A stretch of DNA of 48,984 nucleotides from Octopus sinensis (lineage: Eukaryota), in the NCBI RefSeq assembly GCF_006345805.1, contig NW_021834372.1, positions 1 to 48,984 on the forward strand, in the 5' to 3' direction. The translations under genes were made by a program, and so were the position numbers. Positions 24,370 through 36,464 of the stretch are shown here, piece by piece; within the stretch, counting starts at the first letter, position 1, and each line of letters opens with the position of its first letter. The notes below the pieces were generated by a model that was not told the origin of the DNA, did no database searches, and saw only the letters and a program-made list of their open reading frames with translations.

Positions 24370-25130
24370 TCAAAATGAATGTTGTAGCTTTCTTGAATAA
24401 ATACCCCAAGTGTTTGACACCCAAATTATTTGACTATATAAGCAATTTCCGATAGAAAACCAGCAAATTCTATGGTCTATCCAAGATTCACAAAAATAAA
24501 AGCCATAAGTACTGCTTGTAAAAACAACTGTAAATCTGAGCCCATGGAAAGACTGCCTGCAGAGGATTTGAAACTGAGCTTGATTATTGCAGGCCGTTGC
24601 ATGTGAAACATACAAGACAAGCAATTTTCTGGACATCTTACTAAGACCTTTCTTGAAATACAATCCAAGTATTTAATTGAGATGATTTAGCTTTAATTAA
24701 TCACGCACCAAACACATCCACTCAAAATGCAATTATTGTTTCTTTTGATCATTTACTTGTTGCAGTCGTTAGACTGTGGCCATGCTGGAGCATACACGAA
24801 TATTGCCCATGATTACGAAAACCATGAGATGAGGAAATATCTAAATATATACAAAAATGCAACATACCTATTCTGTTTGATAATTCCACCCTCCCCCCTA
24901 AAATGAATAAAATACAAGAAAATCAACTTATCAGTAAAAGCTAAAAGCAACCACAGACTTTGGAAGAATATACTAAGTTTGGTAAAGGTTTTCAAACGAT
25001 TATCCAACCTCATGGTTACAAAATATGGTAAACCAAACTGCAGCACCTGTCTGTATCAACTGAAGGCTTGCAATTCCAAATTATGGGATGCACAATTTTT
25101 CAAAATGAAAGAAAATTTCTCTTGCAATTC
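24370..25130 (+). mobile_element. Highly degenerate PLE RT and Cys-linker fragments
   Basis: KFYGLSKIHK, LIIAG, FLDILLRPFLK; later GKPNCSTCLY. Confidence 0.6.
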
Positions 25131-25194
25131 CTAGAATTTAATTTATGCCATAACATGCTGTGGATGCTTGCAGAATTCCAACAGAGAGATGAGA

Positions 25195-25430
25195 TTATCA
25201 TACGTAGGGGAAACGGCAAGAAGCATAGGAGAGCGGGTAAATGAAAATTGGAGAGAACTCAAGGAAGGTAAAAACTCATCGATTCTGTACCAACACACCG
25301 AACAGGAACACAGGGGATTAAATTCTAGTATAAGATGTATAGAGGGACGATGCAGTAACAAGACAACGACATACGTAGGGGAAACAGCAAGAAGCATAGG
25401 AGAGCGAGTAAATGTACATTGGAGAGAACT
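25195..25430 (+). mobile_element. PLE GIY-YIG fragment with an internal duplication
   Basis: YVGETARSIGERVN occurs twice in ORF 25168..25461. Confidence 0.7.
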
Positions 25431-25459
25431 ATTCAATTGTTTTGCTTCTAATTTGCAGT

Positions 25460-26200
25460 GAGTGCTAAAGTAGGCACTTAAACGGGCTTGGGACAACAAT
25501 AAGCTGACCAAGACCACGAAAATGAAGATCTACCAGGCATGTCTACTCAGCACTCTACTGTATGGAAGTGAAACCTGGATGCTATACACACGCCAAGAGC
25601 ATCGCCTAAACATCTTTCACCTGCGCTGCCTCCGAAAAATCCTCCGCATCAAATGGCAGAATCATATCCCCAACAAAGATGTCCTCAGGCAAGCAGGAAT
25701 ACCAAGCATGTTTGCACTCCTCACACAAAGACGTATGAGATGACTTGGGCATGTTAGCCGTATGAAAGATGGCAGAATCCCCAAGGACATACTCTACGGA
25801 GAGCTTGCTAGGGGTACTAGGTCTGTGGGTAGACCGCTCTTACGTTACAAGGATGTTTGCAAAAGGGACATGAAGGCCTGCAACATCAATATTAGCGGTT
25901 GGGAGGCAGTTGCTGGCAACCGTGGATAATGGCGACGTACCGTAAAAGAGGGAATACAAAGGTGTGACAGAGAGAGAGAGGAGAAATGGAAAGACAAGAA
26001 AAGACGTCAACAAGAAACTATGGCATTACAACCAGCCAGGAACAGTCTTCGCTACATTTGAGGTACCTGCCAGAGGGAGTGTTTGTCCAGGATAGGACTA
26101 CACAGCCACAGCAGGAAATGTATCAGGACATGAAATGTAAAAGCCGGACTAGATTAATTCATACGCAACTCCATTGTCTCCCGAGACAGAAAGGATGCCA
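25460..26200 (+). mobile_element. RTE/BovB-like LINE 3' fragment with stops
   Basis: KIYQACLLSTLLYGSETW...R*LGHVSRM.DGRIPKDILYGEL..G.R..GRP.LRYKD. Confidence 0.9.
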
Positions 26201-26559
26201 ATACAATACAATGCAAACACATGTCACTGACCTAAAATCAAGGTTCAACTAACCACACATTATATGAAAAGCAAGTAATTTTTTTGTTTATTCTATGGAA
26301 AGTATACATACATACTTACAACGATACCCTCTTGACCCTCTTGGATCGAGGTTAGAAACCAGCTGTTTCTCTATTGGCCGGAAATCCTGAAATAAAACTG
26401 AATAATGACATACATACATTTTGTGGTGAATAGGGTGAGTCATTAAAGCCAGTGATATTAACACACTCCTTGATTCAATTGCCTTTCTCTATTTTTAGTC
26501 AATTGGTTAAATATCTAACTAACAAAACAATTATTTGTTTAACTTGGTTGAAGCTCTTG

Positions 26560-27160
26560 CAGACAGAAAGCAGTACTGATCACATCAAAACACTGGGTGT
26601 GTGAGCAGTGTGATATCTCGCTCTGCACGACACCATGTTTTCAAATATGCCACACTAAGAAGAGTCTGTCAAGTTCCTTGTATGTATAATTATATAGGCA
26701 CAGGAGTGGCTGTGTGGTAAGTAGCTTGCTAACCAACCACATGGTTGCGGGTTCAGTCCCACTGCGTGGCATCTTGGGCAAGTGTCTTCTGCTATAGCCC
26801 TGGGCCAACCAATGCCTTGTGAGTGGATTTGGTAGACGGAAACTGAAAGAAGCCTGTCGTATATATGTATATATATATATGTGTGTGTGTGTGTTTGTCC
26901 CCCTAGCATTGCTTGACAACCGATGCTGGTGTGTTTACGTCCCCGTCACCTAGCGGTTTGGCAAAAGGGACCGATAGAATAAGTACTGGGCTTACAAAGA
27001 ATAAGTCCCGGGGTCGATTTGATCGACTAAAGGCGGTGCTCCAGCATGGGTGCAGTCAAATGACTGAAACAAGTAAAAGAGTAAAAGAGAGAGAGTTGCT
27101 GAACGGCCTAATACCGGGGACACAGCACAAACTGTCACCACTAAATCCTTCTCTAAGGGG
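26560..27160 (+). mobile_element. piggyBac relic: C-terminal Cys-rich domain and right end, interrupted by a SINE
   Basis: WVCEQCDISLCTTPCFQICHT; terminus ...AAGGGG|TTAA at 27160/27161. Confidence 0.6.
26697..27090 (+). mobile_element. Full-length SINE family A
   Basis: Same head, core and tail as 23970-24358. Confidence 0.9.
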
Positions 27161-27730
27161 TTAAACAATAAATCATTTGTTTTTTTATTGTTTCGTTGTT
27201 TTTGTCAAAGCTATTTTGTTGCTATCTGCAAACTTTCCTGTGACTTTGCAGTGTCCTAGTCTGCTAAAGAGGCTGCAATTGTCTGTCTGAGACCTTGTTG
27301 TGTGCATGTGTGTGCATGCCAGTGTGTGTGTGTGTGTGTAGGCTCGCATATTTATATATGTATGTATCTATGCATGCATGTATGTGTGTATGTATAGACA
27401 GATGTATTTGTGTGTGTGTATGTATGAATGTATGTATGTCTCTCTTATTTTTTAATTGCCATACATCCTCAAGTATAGCCCGCCCTTGAGTATAATACGC
27501 AGGGGATCTTTATGGGGCTTTACCTCTGAAAAACCTAAACCTTGTGTATAATACGCACCCCTTCTCTAAGGAGGTCTATATAACGTCTTTGGTTTGTAAA
27601 AATGTTTTTGGTAAGGTCTTTTATTATTATTGTATATATAACATGAGGCAAACGTGTAACTTATTTGTACATTTTGTCTGTAGAAAATAAAGAAATAACA
27701 GTAATAACGTCAGTGAAAAATGAATATTAA

Positions 27731-28740
27731 GTTCTGAGAGACAAATTCCGTTTAATTTCTCTGCGTTCTTCCATTCAGCTGTTTTATAAACTGGAATAAT
27801 ATATAAAGAAGCGACAAACAGGATCACTTGATATTTTCAGCGAATGACTACTCCAGGTTTTATAATCCATGCTACTTCAACTTCTTGTGATTATGGAGAA
27901 GGATGTGGCGAAGGTTGATAAAACAAAAAGTTCTGTGTTTTTGGTTTTTAAAGCTTGGACAATATTATTGTATGAAAACTATCCCAATACATTAAGTGGC
28001 CCTGAAGCAAAGGGATTGTGTGGTAGACTGCCTGCTAAGTTATAAGGATCAGCTGAAAGAATCACTAAGACTAAATATTTTGGGAAAGTTATATTCTGGA
28101 TCAATCTGAGTGGCTTAAAATGTGTCACGAAACATGAAATCAATTTGAAAATGATTAATATTATGGAAAAAGAAAAAAAATAGACAATAGTTGCAGGAGT
28201 GGCTGTGTGGTAAGGAGCTTGCTTACCGACCACGTGGTTCAGGGTTCAGTCCCACTACGTGGCACCTTGGGCAAGTGTCTTCTACTATAGCTTCGGGCCA
28301 ACCAAATCATTGTGAGTGGATTTGGTAGACGGAAACTGAAAGAAGCTCATCGTATATATGTATATATATGTATGTGTGTGTGTATGTTTGTGTGTCTGTG
28401 TTTGTCTTCCCAACATCGCTTGACAACCAATGCTGGTGTGTTTACGTCCCCGTAACTTAGCAGTTCAGCTTAAGAGACTGATAGAATAAGTACTAGGCTT
28501 ACAAAGAATAATTCCTGGGGTCCATTTCCTCGACTAAAGGTGGTGCTCCAGCATGACCACTGTCAAATGACTGAAACAAGTAAAAGAGTAAAGAGTAAGA
28601 TTTATTTGGAGATTTTGTCAGTGGGTGCTTTATATACCACTGGTTTATAGTTAAGTAATTTTAGCTGATCTTGCTGAGTTAATTTGACTTTTATGGGCAG
28701 GTAAATTTAATTAACAGGTGTAAAAGCAACAACGTTATGG
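27731..28740. repeat. Local segmental patchwork: direct copy of 22863-23098 + 23752-24358, and inverted copy of ~20750-21100
   Basis: Near-identical non-repetitive flanks seen by direct comparison. Confidence 0.85.
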
Positions 28741-28940
28741 ATAAACACTGAAATTGAATATAGTCCTATATTTAAGAGATGAGGAATTATGTACATTATT
28801 TACATTTGATGGATATTTGTCCTCATCTCGTTTGTTGTTAACGTGTTTGAGCTGATATTTTCTCCAGACTTCATCAGGTGTCTTGGAGAAATTTAGAATC
28901 TGGGTCCTCAATCCTAAGGTATTTTTCAATGTTGCTATTA

Positions 28941-29001
<61 letters not shown>

Positions 29002-29143
29002 TGTCACTGCCTGAAATCGAACTCTGAATCTTGGGGTTAGTAGCCTGCGCTCTTAACCACTACGCCCATGGGCATATGGCATAGTGGTTAAGAGCACGGG
29101 CTACTAACCCTAAGATTCTGATTTCAATTCCAGGCAGTGACAC
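28740..29143. mobile_element. tRNA-headed elements back to back; the minus copy continues through (AAT)n into a degenerate hammerhead
   Basis: Inverted heads GGC(G/A)TAGTGGTTAAGAGC...CTACTAA...; CTGATGA on the minus strand at 28871-28877. Confidence 0.65.
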
Positions 29144-29269
29144 GAATAATGATGATGATGATGATAATAATAAATGCTCTGATGTAGTACCAGGCAGTGG
29201 CCCTCATGGCTTCTGATCTTAACTGATTGGAAGTGTTATCATGGACATTGTTTTGTCATAATCTGGCGG

Positions 29270-29755
29270 GCTATATCTTGGAAATCTGCCGGCCAAATGG
29301 TTTCCCTTTGTGGCAGAATTAATAGTCAAGACTATTTATGCATTTTATCTGATCAAATTCATCCTATGGTTGTAGAACTGTTTCCCTCCAGAAACAATAT
29401 TTCAGGATGATAATGCACCAATTCACACAGCTAAAGTTGTTACTGAATGGCACGAGGAACATTCTAGTGAAGTTGAACATCTTATCTGGCCACCACAGTC
29501 CCCAGATCTCAATATTACTGAACATTTATGGTGCATTTTAGAAAAACAAGATATCCTCCACCAACATCCCTACAAGAACTGGAGACTGTTTTAGCTGAAG
29601 AATGGACAAAAATTCCTTTGGAAATATTTCAAACTTTGTACAGGTCCATGCCTCATAGAATTTAAGCTGTAATTACTGCCAAAGGCAATCCTATCCTATA
29701 TTAAAATAAATTTGCTTGAAATTTTAAGGTGTTTCCATTATTTTGTCCAACCACT
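29270..29755 (+). mobile_element. Tc1 3' fragment, same family as 19538-20740, with right TIR
   Basis: Ends ...GGTGTTTCCATTATTTTGTCCAACCACTG|TA. Confidence 0.85.
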
Positions 29756-30204
29756 GTATATATATATATATATATATATGTAGGTCCCGGGTTGAGTCGG
29801 GGTTAACCACAGTAAATAAGGTATTCAATACATAGCAGAGTAAATTAAATATTAACATAATAAATGTGTTGTAGGAATTAAACCTAATGTTTTAAGTTTC
29901 AAATTTAGTTAATGGTGTTTTTTCTACAAGAAAAATTATTATTTTATTTATTTTCAAATAAATATTGTTTAACTGTATTTGCTTATTTATTTAACTTTTA
30001 TAGTTAACCTGAAGATTGACTATAATTTTAAATTGAATTTAAATTTAATTGTAATTCGAATTTAATTGTAGCCATGAAACGTACATAGTTTTTTTTACTT
30101 ATGTTTGTTTCTTTTTACACAATATTAAAACAATGGCTAAACATTTTCTGAAGCAGCACCCCGAATAATTTTATCTTTTTTTTTCTACTCTAATCACATG
30201 ACTC

Positions 30205-30800
30205 AAAATTTTTGGGAAAGGAGACAGTTAATTCACTTGACCCCAGTATGCAACTGGTACTTAATTTATCGACCTTGAAAGGATGAAAGGCAAAGTTGAC
30301 CTCAGCAGAGTTTGAACTCAGAATGTCAAGACAGACGAAATACCACTAAGCATTTCGACCGGCGTGCTAACATTTCTGCCAGCTCACCATCTTCTTAATA
30401 CTAAAATATTCTTTTCTTCTCTAGGCACAAGGCCTGAAATTTTTGGAGAGAAAGCCAGTCGATTAGACTGACTCCAGTACACAACTGGTACTTAATTATC
30501 GACCTTGAAAGGATGAAAGGCAAAGTTGACCTCAGCAGAGTTTGAACTCAGAATGTAAGACAGATGAATTACCTATTTGTTTACTACCCACAAGGGGCTA
30601 AACACAGAGAGGACAAACAAGGACAGACAAACGGATTAAGTCGATTACATCGACCCCAGTGTGTAACTGGTACTTATTTAATCGACCCCGAAAGGATGAA
30701 AGACAAAGTCAACCTTGGCGGAATTTGAACTCAGAACGTAGCAGCAGACGAAATACCAAAAAGTATTTTACCCGGCATGCTAATATTTCTGCCAGCTCAC
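30205..30800 (-). mobile_element. Three tandem partial copies of SINE family B
   Basis: Repeated core TTTGCCTTTCATCCTTTC..GGTCGAT..TTAAGTACCAGT, reminiscent of Deu/Nin-type SINE cores (from memory). Confidence 0.75.
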
Positions 30801-31104
30801 AACCATAACACCCCAACTAATTTTATCTATGAGCCACCATTGTGTCTGTGTTTGTCCCCCTAGCATTGCTTGACAACCGATGCTGGTGTGTTTACGTCCC
30901 CGTAACTTAGCAGTTCGGCAAAAGAGACCGATAGAATAAGTACTGGGCTTACAAAGAATAAGTCCCGGGGTCGAGTGGCTCGACTAAAGGTGGTGCTCCA
31001 GCATGGCCACAGTCAAATGACTGAAACATGTAAACGAGTAAAAGAGTATACGTGTGTACATGTATATATACATATATATATATGTGTGTGTGTGTATACC
31101 CATA

Positions 31105-31137
<33 letters not shown>

Positions 31138-31222
31138 GTAGGTCCCGGGTTGAGTCGGGGTTAACCACAGTAAATAAGGTATTCAATACATAGCAGAGTA
31201 AATTAATTTATTTTATAGAAGG

Positions 31223-31273
31223 AGCTTCTACAGGACTAGAACTGTTTCATTCAAATGAAATCATCAGGAAGCT
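31223..31273 (-). ncRNA. Type I hammerhead motif, near-intact
   Basis: Stem I AGCTTC/GAAGCT, CTGATGA, short stem II, GAAA-CAG/CTG-TA. Confidence 0.55.
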
Positions 31274-31647
31274 TGCTGTCAAAATAAGTTTTGGCATTTA
31301 TACATTTAGGCAGATTTAATGGGGTGGTGGTGGGGGACTTTTTTGGGTAAACAGGGCACAAACTGTCTTTCTTAGGGGAGTGGTCAAAAGGATCAGTGAT
31401 AAAGTAGATAAATGAATAAATAGAAAAAAAAGAATAGAGTTTTAGGTAAATAAGAACACTATTGCTTATATATATATACACATACATACACACACACATA
31501 TATACATACACACACACATATATATATATATACAAATACACATTTACATACATGCCAACACGCAAGCACACGCACAATATGTCTACACATATATATATAA
31601 AAAAATGTACACACTCATACACACCCACATATATTTTTATATATATA

Positions 31648-31682
<35 letters not shown>

Positions 31683-32171
31683 GGGAAGCTTTATGAAAAT
31701 AACAAAAGACGAAGGCAGGTGGAAAAAAAACGAACAATTGTATTAGTATGGCGCTCAGGAAATATAAAAACAAGTCTTTAACGTTTCGAGCTACGCTCTT
31801 CAACAGAAAGATAAACAGAGAGAGATAATATGTATACCACACATATATATACACACACATTATACATATATATACACAACACATACATATAATATATATA
31901 CATATAACATAATACACCTACACATACATACACACACACACACATATATACATATATATACATATTTTTTCTCTCCTCATCTTCCTCCTTTATTTTAGAG
32001 TCATAAAAGGTATAATATATGACCTACCTACCCCTGCAGACACACATTTAGTGGCGCTGGAGTTGAGGAACCCTAAAAGTTCTTAGAACTCCTCAGGGTG
32101 CCAGCAGGCCTAAATGAAATCCATTTACCGCTCCCCTCTCCCTTCCTTTCTAACTCTTACAAACGCAAACA

Positions 32172-32214
<43 letters not shown>

Positions 32215-32419
32215 TCATACACAAACACAAACACACATGTTCTCTCGATCATTTCCTTCTCATCCACTCATACTTATGTATATGTCTCTCTCTACAAGCA
32301 CATATATATATATGGTGTATTAAAGTATTGTTTGGGTATCATCTGATAGTTGATGTTTTATTGATTAAAGTATGTTTCTCCATTCTCTAATTTTTGTAGA
32401 TATATATATATATATATAA

Positions 32420-32452
<33 letters not shown>

Positions 32453-32601
32453 GGTGAAATAGAAAGATGAATAATCTTGTTGCAGATTAATCAAAAAGTT
32501 TAACCGATACTTGGTAGAAAAATCACACCAGAAGACAGCACGGTTGGAGGTACAACCATATGGTGTTGCAACCGTGCGTTGGTGCGGATAATTGAATTTT
32601 A

Positions 32602-32984
32602 ATATTATTAGTGAATTGAAGAAATGGAGTTGAACGAAGATTGAACAGAAATCGTTTTATTGCATTCTACACGTGTTTCGAAAGGCACAATTTACCAAAT
32701 TCCGATTGAATAAGGAGACCATATTGTGTCTTTCTCTTCAGGAAGAAATAGGAAATCCGTTGGAAAAAACAAAAACAGAACAGAGGCGATTTGTTTTGCT
32801 CCGCCTCTGTTCTGTTTTTGTTTTATCCAACGGATTTCCTATTTCTTCCTGAAGAGAAAGACACAATATGGTCTCCTTATTCAATCGGAATTTGGTAAAT
32901 TGTGCCTTTCGAAACACGTGTAGAATGCAATAAAACGATTTCTGTTCAATCTTCGTTCAACTCCATTTCTTCAATTCACTAATA

Positions 32985-32988
<4 letters not shown>
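32602..32988. repeat. 187-bp near-perfect inverted repeat with a 13-nt loop; each arm carries a hammerhead motif
   Basis: Arms 32602-32788 and 32802-32988, one mismatch seen; CTGAAGA...GAAACACGTGTA. Confidence 0.9.
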
Positions 32989-33025
<37 letters not shown>

Positions 33026-33760
33026 TATATATGTATACACATACATACACACACACAAGTACACATATTCATACATACATAAATGTACCCACTATCACAT
33101 AATCGTATACATAACTATGTACACACAAAACCACATATATAAACGTACTTCAGTACACATAAACACACATAAACATCTGCCCGCATATATAAACGCATAT
33201 GCCTATATACAGACATTTGTGCATATAAACATACATACGCATATATACGCTTATAAATACATATATGCACACATGCATGCATACACATGTACATAAAAGC
33301 ATACCTACATATACGTACCTACACACATATATACATACATGCGCGCACATACACATACTTACACGTACATACAAATACATATCTACACACATACACATAC
33401 ACATATATATTTACACATACAGAAATCTACAAGTCCATATATATATATTATATATATACACATATATGTATATATATACACATACACATACGTATATACC
33501 TACATACACATACACATATATACTTACGCCCATCATATACATACCTACATACACATACATCCATATATATCTATATATATACATACATATATAAGCACAT
33601 GCACATACTAATACACATACGCATATCTACGCACATACACGCACACATATATATATACATATATAAAATAATCTACAAGTCCATACATATACACACATAC
33701 ATATACATATACACATATATATATATACATATACATATACATATATATACCCATGTATAT

Positions 33761-34280
33761 AGAAAGGATATGGCCTGGTCAGCCTGTAATGACATGCATA
33801 AGATCTGGTCATCAAATCTAAGTAGAGACTTCAAACTTGAAATATTCAAAGCCACAGTCGAACCAATTCTACTATATGGCTCAGAAACCTGGACGTTATC
33901 AAAGAAGCTTGAGAGGCGGTTGGATGGAACCTACACTCGCCTCCTTATGAGAGCTCAAAATCTCTCGTGGAGGCGCCATCCAACCAAAATGCAAATATAT
34001 GGGAAACTACCACCTGTGTCATCTCTTGTGAAAGGTAGGAGAGTCCAGTTTGCTGGACATTGTTGTAGAGCTGAAAAAGAAGTAATTTCTACTCTTCTCC
34101 TCTGGAAGCCATCTACTCGCAATACCAGAGGGCACACACTCTCCTACCCTGATGTAATCTCCAGGGATACAGGCATCCAGCAACAGGACCTCCGTAATGC
34201 TATGATGGACCGTGAAGTCTGGCGCAACATGGTAAATTCCATTGTCTCGACCACGGTCGAACAATGATGATGATGATGAT
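33761..34280 (+). mobile_element. RTE-clade LINE 3' end with an intact frame and (GAT)n tail
   Basis: KIW...FKATVEPILLYGSETWTL...LDGTYTRLL...FAGHC...DREVWR* then (GAT)n. Confidence 0.9.
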
Positions 34281-34407
34281 ATACCCATATATATATATAT
34301 ATACACATAGACATACATGCATACACAAATAATAAATACATATACATGCAAATACCCATACTTACACAAACATATACGCGTACATGTACATATACATACA
34401 GATACAC

Positions 34408-34450
<43 letters not shown>

Positions 34451-34453
<3 letters not shown>

Positions 34454-34688
34454 TCATCATCATCATCATCATCATTTAACGTCCGCTTTCCATGCTAGCA
34501 TGGGTTGGACGGTTCAACTGGGGTCTGGGGAGCCCGAAGGCTGCACCAGGCCAGTCAGATGTGGCAGTGTTTCTACAGCTGGATGCCCTTCCTAACGCCA
34601 ACCACTCCGAGAGTGTAGTGGGTGATTTTATGTGCCACCGACACAGGTGACAGACGAGGCTGGCAGACGGCCACGCTCGGATGGTGTT
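34451..34688 (-). mobile_element. SINE-like family C, 5'-truncated
   Basis: (CAT)n plus core. Confidence 0.8.
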
Positions 34689-35417
34689 ACATAAAACACA
34701 CAAGCGTACATATATATACCAATACACCTATACATACATACATACAAACACATAGATCCACGCACATAAGCACATACAAATATATATCCATATCCATATT
34801 CATATTCATATCCAAACCCATATTTACATCTATATATATATAAAGATATATACATATGTAAATACACATACATATATACATACGTATATTCATATTTACA
34901 TTTATACACATATATATATGTGTACATATAAACATCCATAAACATATACACATGCATATACCTACACATAAATATATATCCGTGTACACACTCACATACA
35001 CTAATACATACACACACATATATATACACACATATGCACATATACATATACATATACACACATACATATACATACATACATACACATACATACTTATATA
35101 TCTATAAATACATACACATACATATACACACATATATATATACACATACAAAAACATGTACACCTATATATATACACATGTATGCACGCTTTCACATACA
35201 CATGTACATACACCGTTGCACACACACTCACATACAAATACGTATATGCACTCGTATACATATATGTACACACACACACATATGCCAACATCCATATATA
35301 TGTGAATAGTCTTAGGAGAGAAGGTAATTGGGGGTGCTGAAGGAACGGTGGGGGTGGGGGGTTTTAGTGGGTGGGGTGTCGTCAATCGTAGTCAAATATA
35401 TATATATATATATATAT

Positions 35418-36055
35418 CCGAACGTGGCCGTAGCCAGTACCGCATCGACTGGCCTCCGTGCTGTGGGCACGTAACAAACACCATCCGATCGTGGCCGTTC
35501 GCCAGCCTCATCTGGCACCTATGTCGGTGGCACATAAAAACACCATCCTAAGACCCGGCAAGACTAGTCAGGCCATAACCCGTGGCCCCTACCTGGGACG
35601 TAGTCAGTCCACCTGTGCTTACCTTCCTTCTTGTGACACTTGTGAAGACCTGTTGAGGCAAGTGAAAATCAAAACAAATCAAAATTGATGAACATCAATG
35701 GAATTTGTATCTTTGTGGTACCAGTGCCGGTGGCACGTGGCACACAAGAAAACCATCCGAACGTGGCCGTAGCCAGTACCCACCCCCGACGACTGGCCTC
35801 CGTGCTGTGGGCACGTAACAAACACCATCCGATCGTGGCCGTTTGCCAGCCTCGTCTGGCACCTGTGTCGGTGGCACATAAAATCACCCACTATACTCTC
35901 GGAGTGGTTGGCGTTAGGAAGGGCATCCAGCTGTAGAAACACTGCCAGATCTGACAGGACTGGTGCAGCCTTCGGGCTCCCCAGACCCCAGTTGAACCGT
36001 CCAACCCATGCTAGCATGGAAAGCGGACGTTAAATGATGATGATGATGATGATGA
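35418..36055 (+). mobile_element. SINE-like family C, composite copy
   Basis: Two tandem-unit blocks separated by ~175 bp, then core and (GAT)n. Confidence 0.75.
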
Positions 36056-36084
36056 CATACACACACACAGACACATACATTGCC

Positions 36085-36154
<70 letters not shown>

Positions 36155-36341
36155 AAATAAGCAACAAGAATGACTCTGGTAATTTGGTACAATCGTTTCA
36201 TACTACATCATTTTATTCTTGTCATTCTTGTTGCTTATTTTGATTATAATCACCCCACGGAATTTTATGGATAACACCATACAGAATTCTGGTGCATCTA
36301 AATTAAGTACCATATTCATTTGAATCTAAATTTTTGCTGAA

Positions 36342-36382
<41 letters not shown>

Positions 36383-36464
36383 TTAATTAAATATATTCTG
36401 TGTTAGAATATTATACACTGAATTTATAATGAGTACCCTTTGTATAAAATGTCAAAAAAATGTT

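Noticed and set aside
29000-29143. tRNA genes with an ACT anticodon
   Set aside because: No proper acceptor stem or 3' half, and the two heads are mutually diverged; treated as SINE heads
29270-29755. Tc1 piece as part of the local inverted duplication or as the partner TIR of 19538
   Set aside because: It is the same (right) end of the element and has independent substitutions and a deletion; more simply a separate family copy
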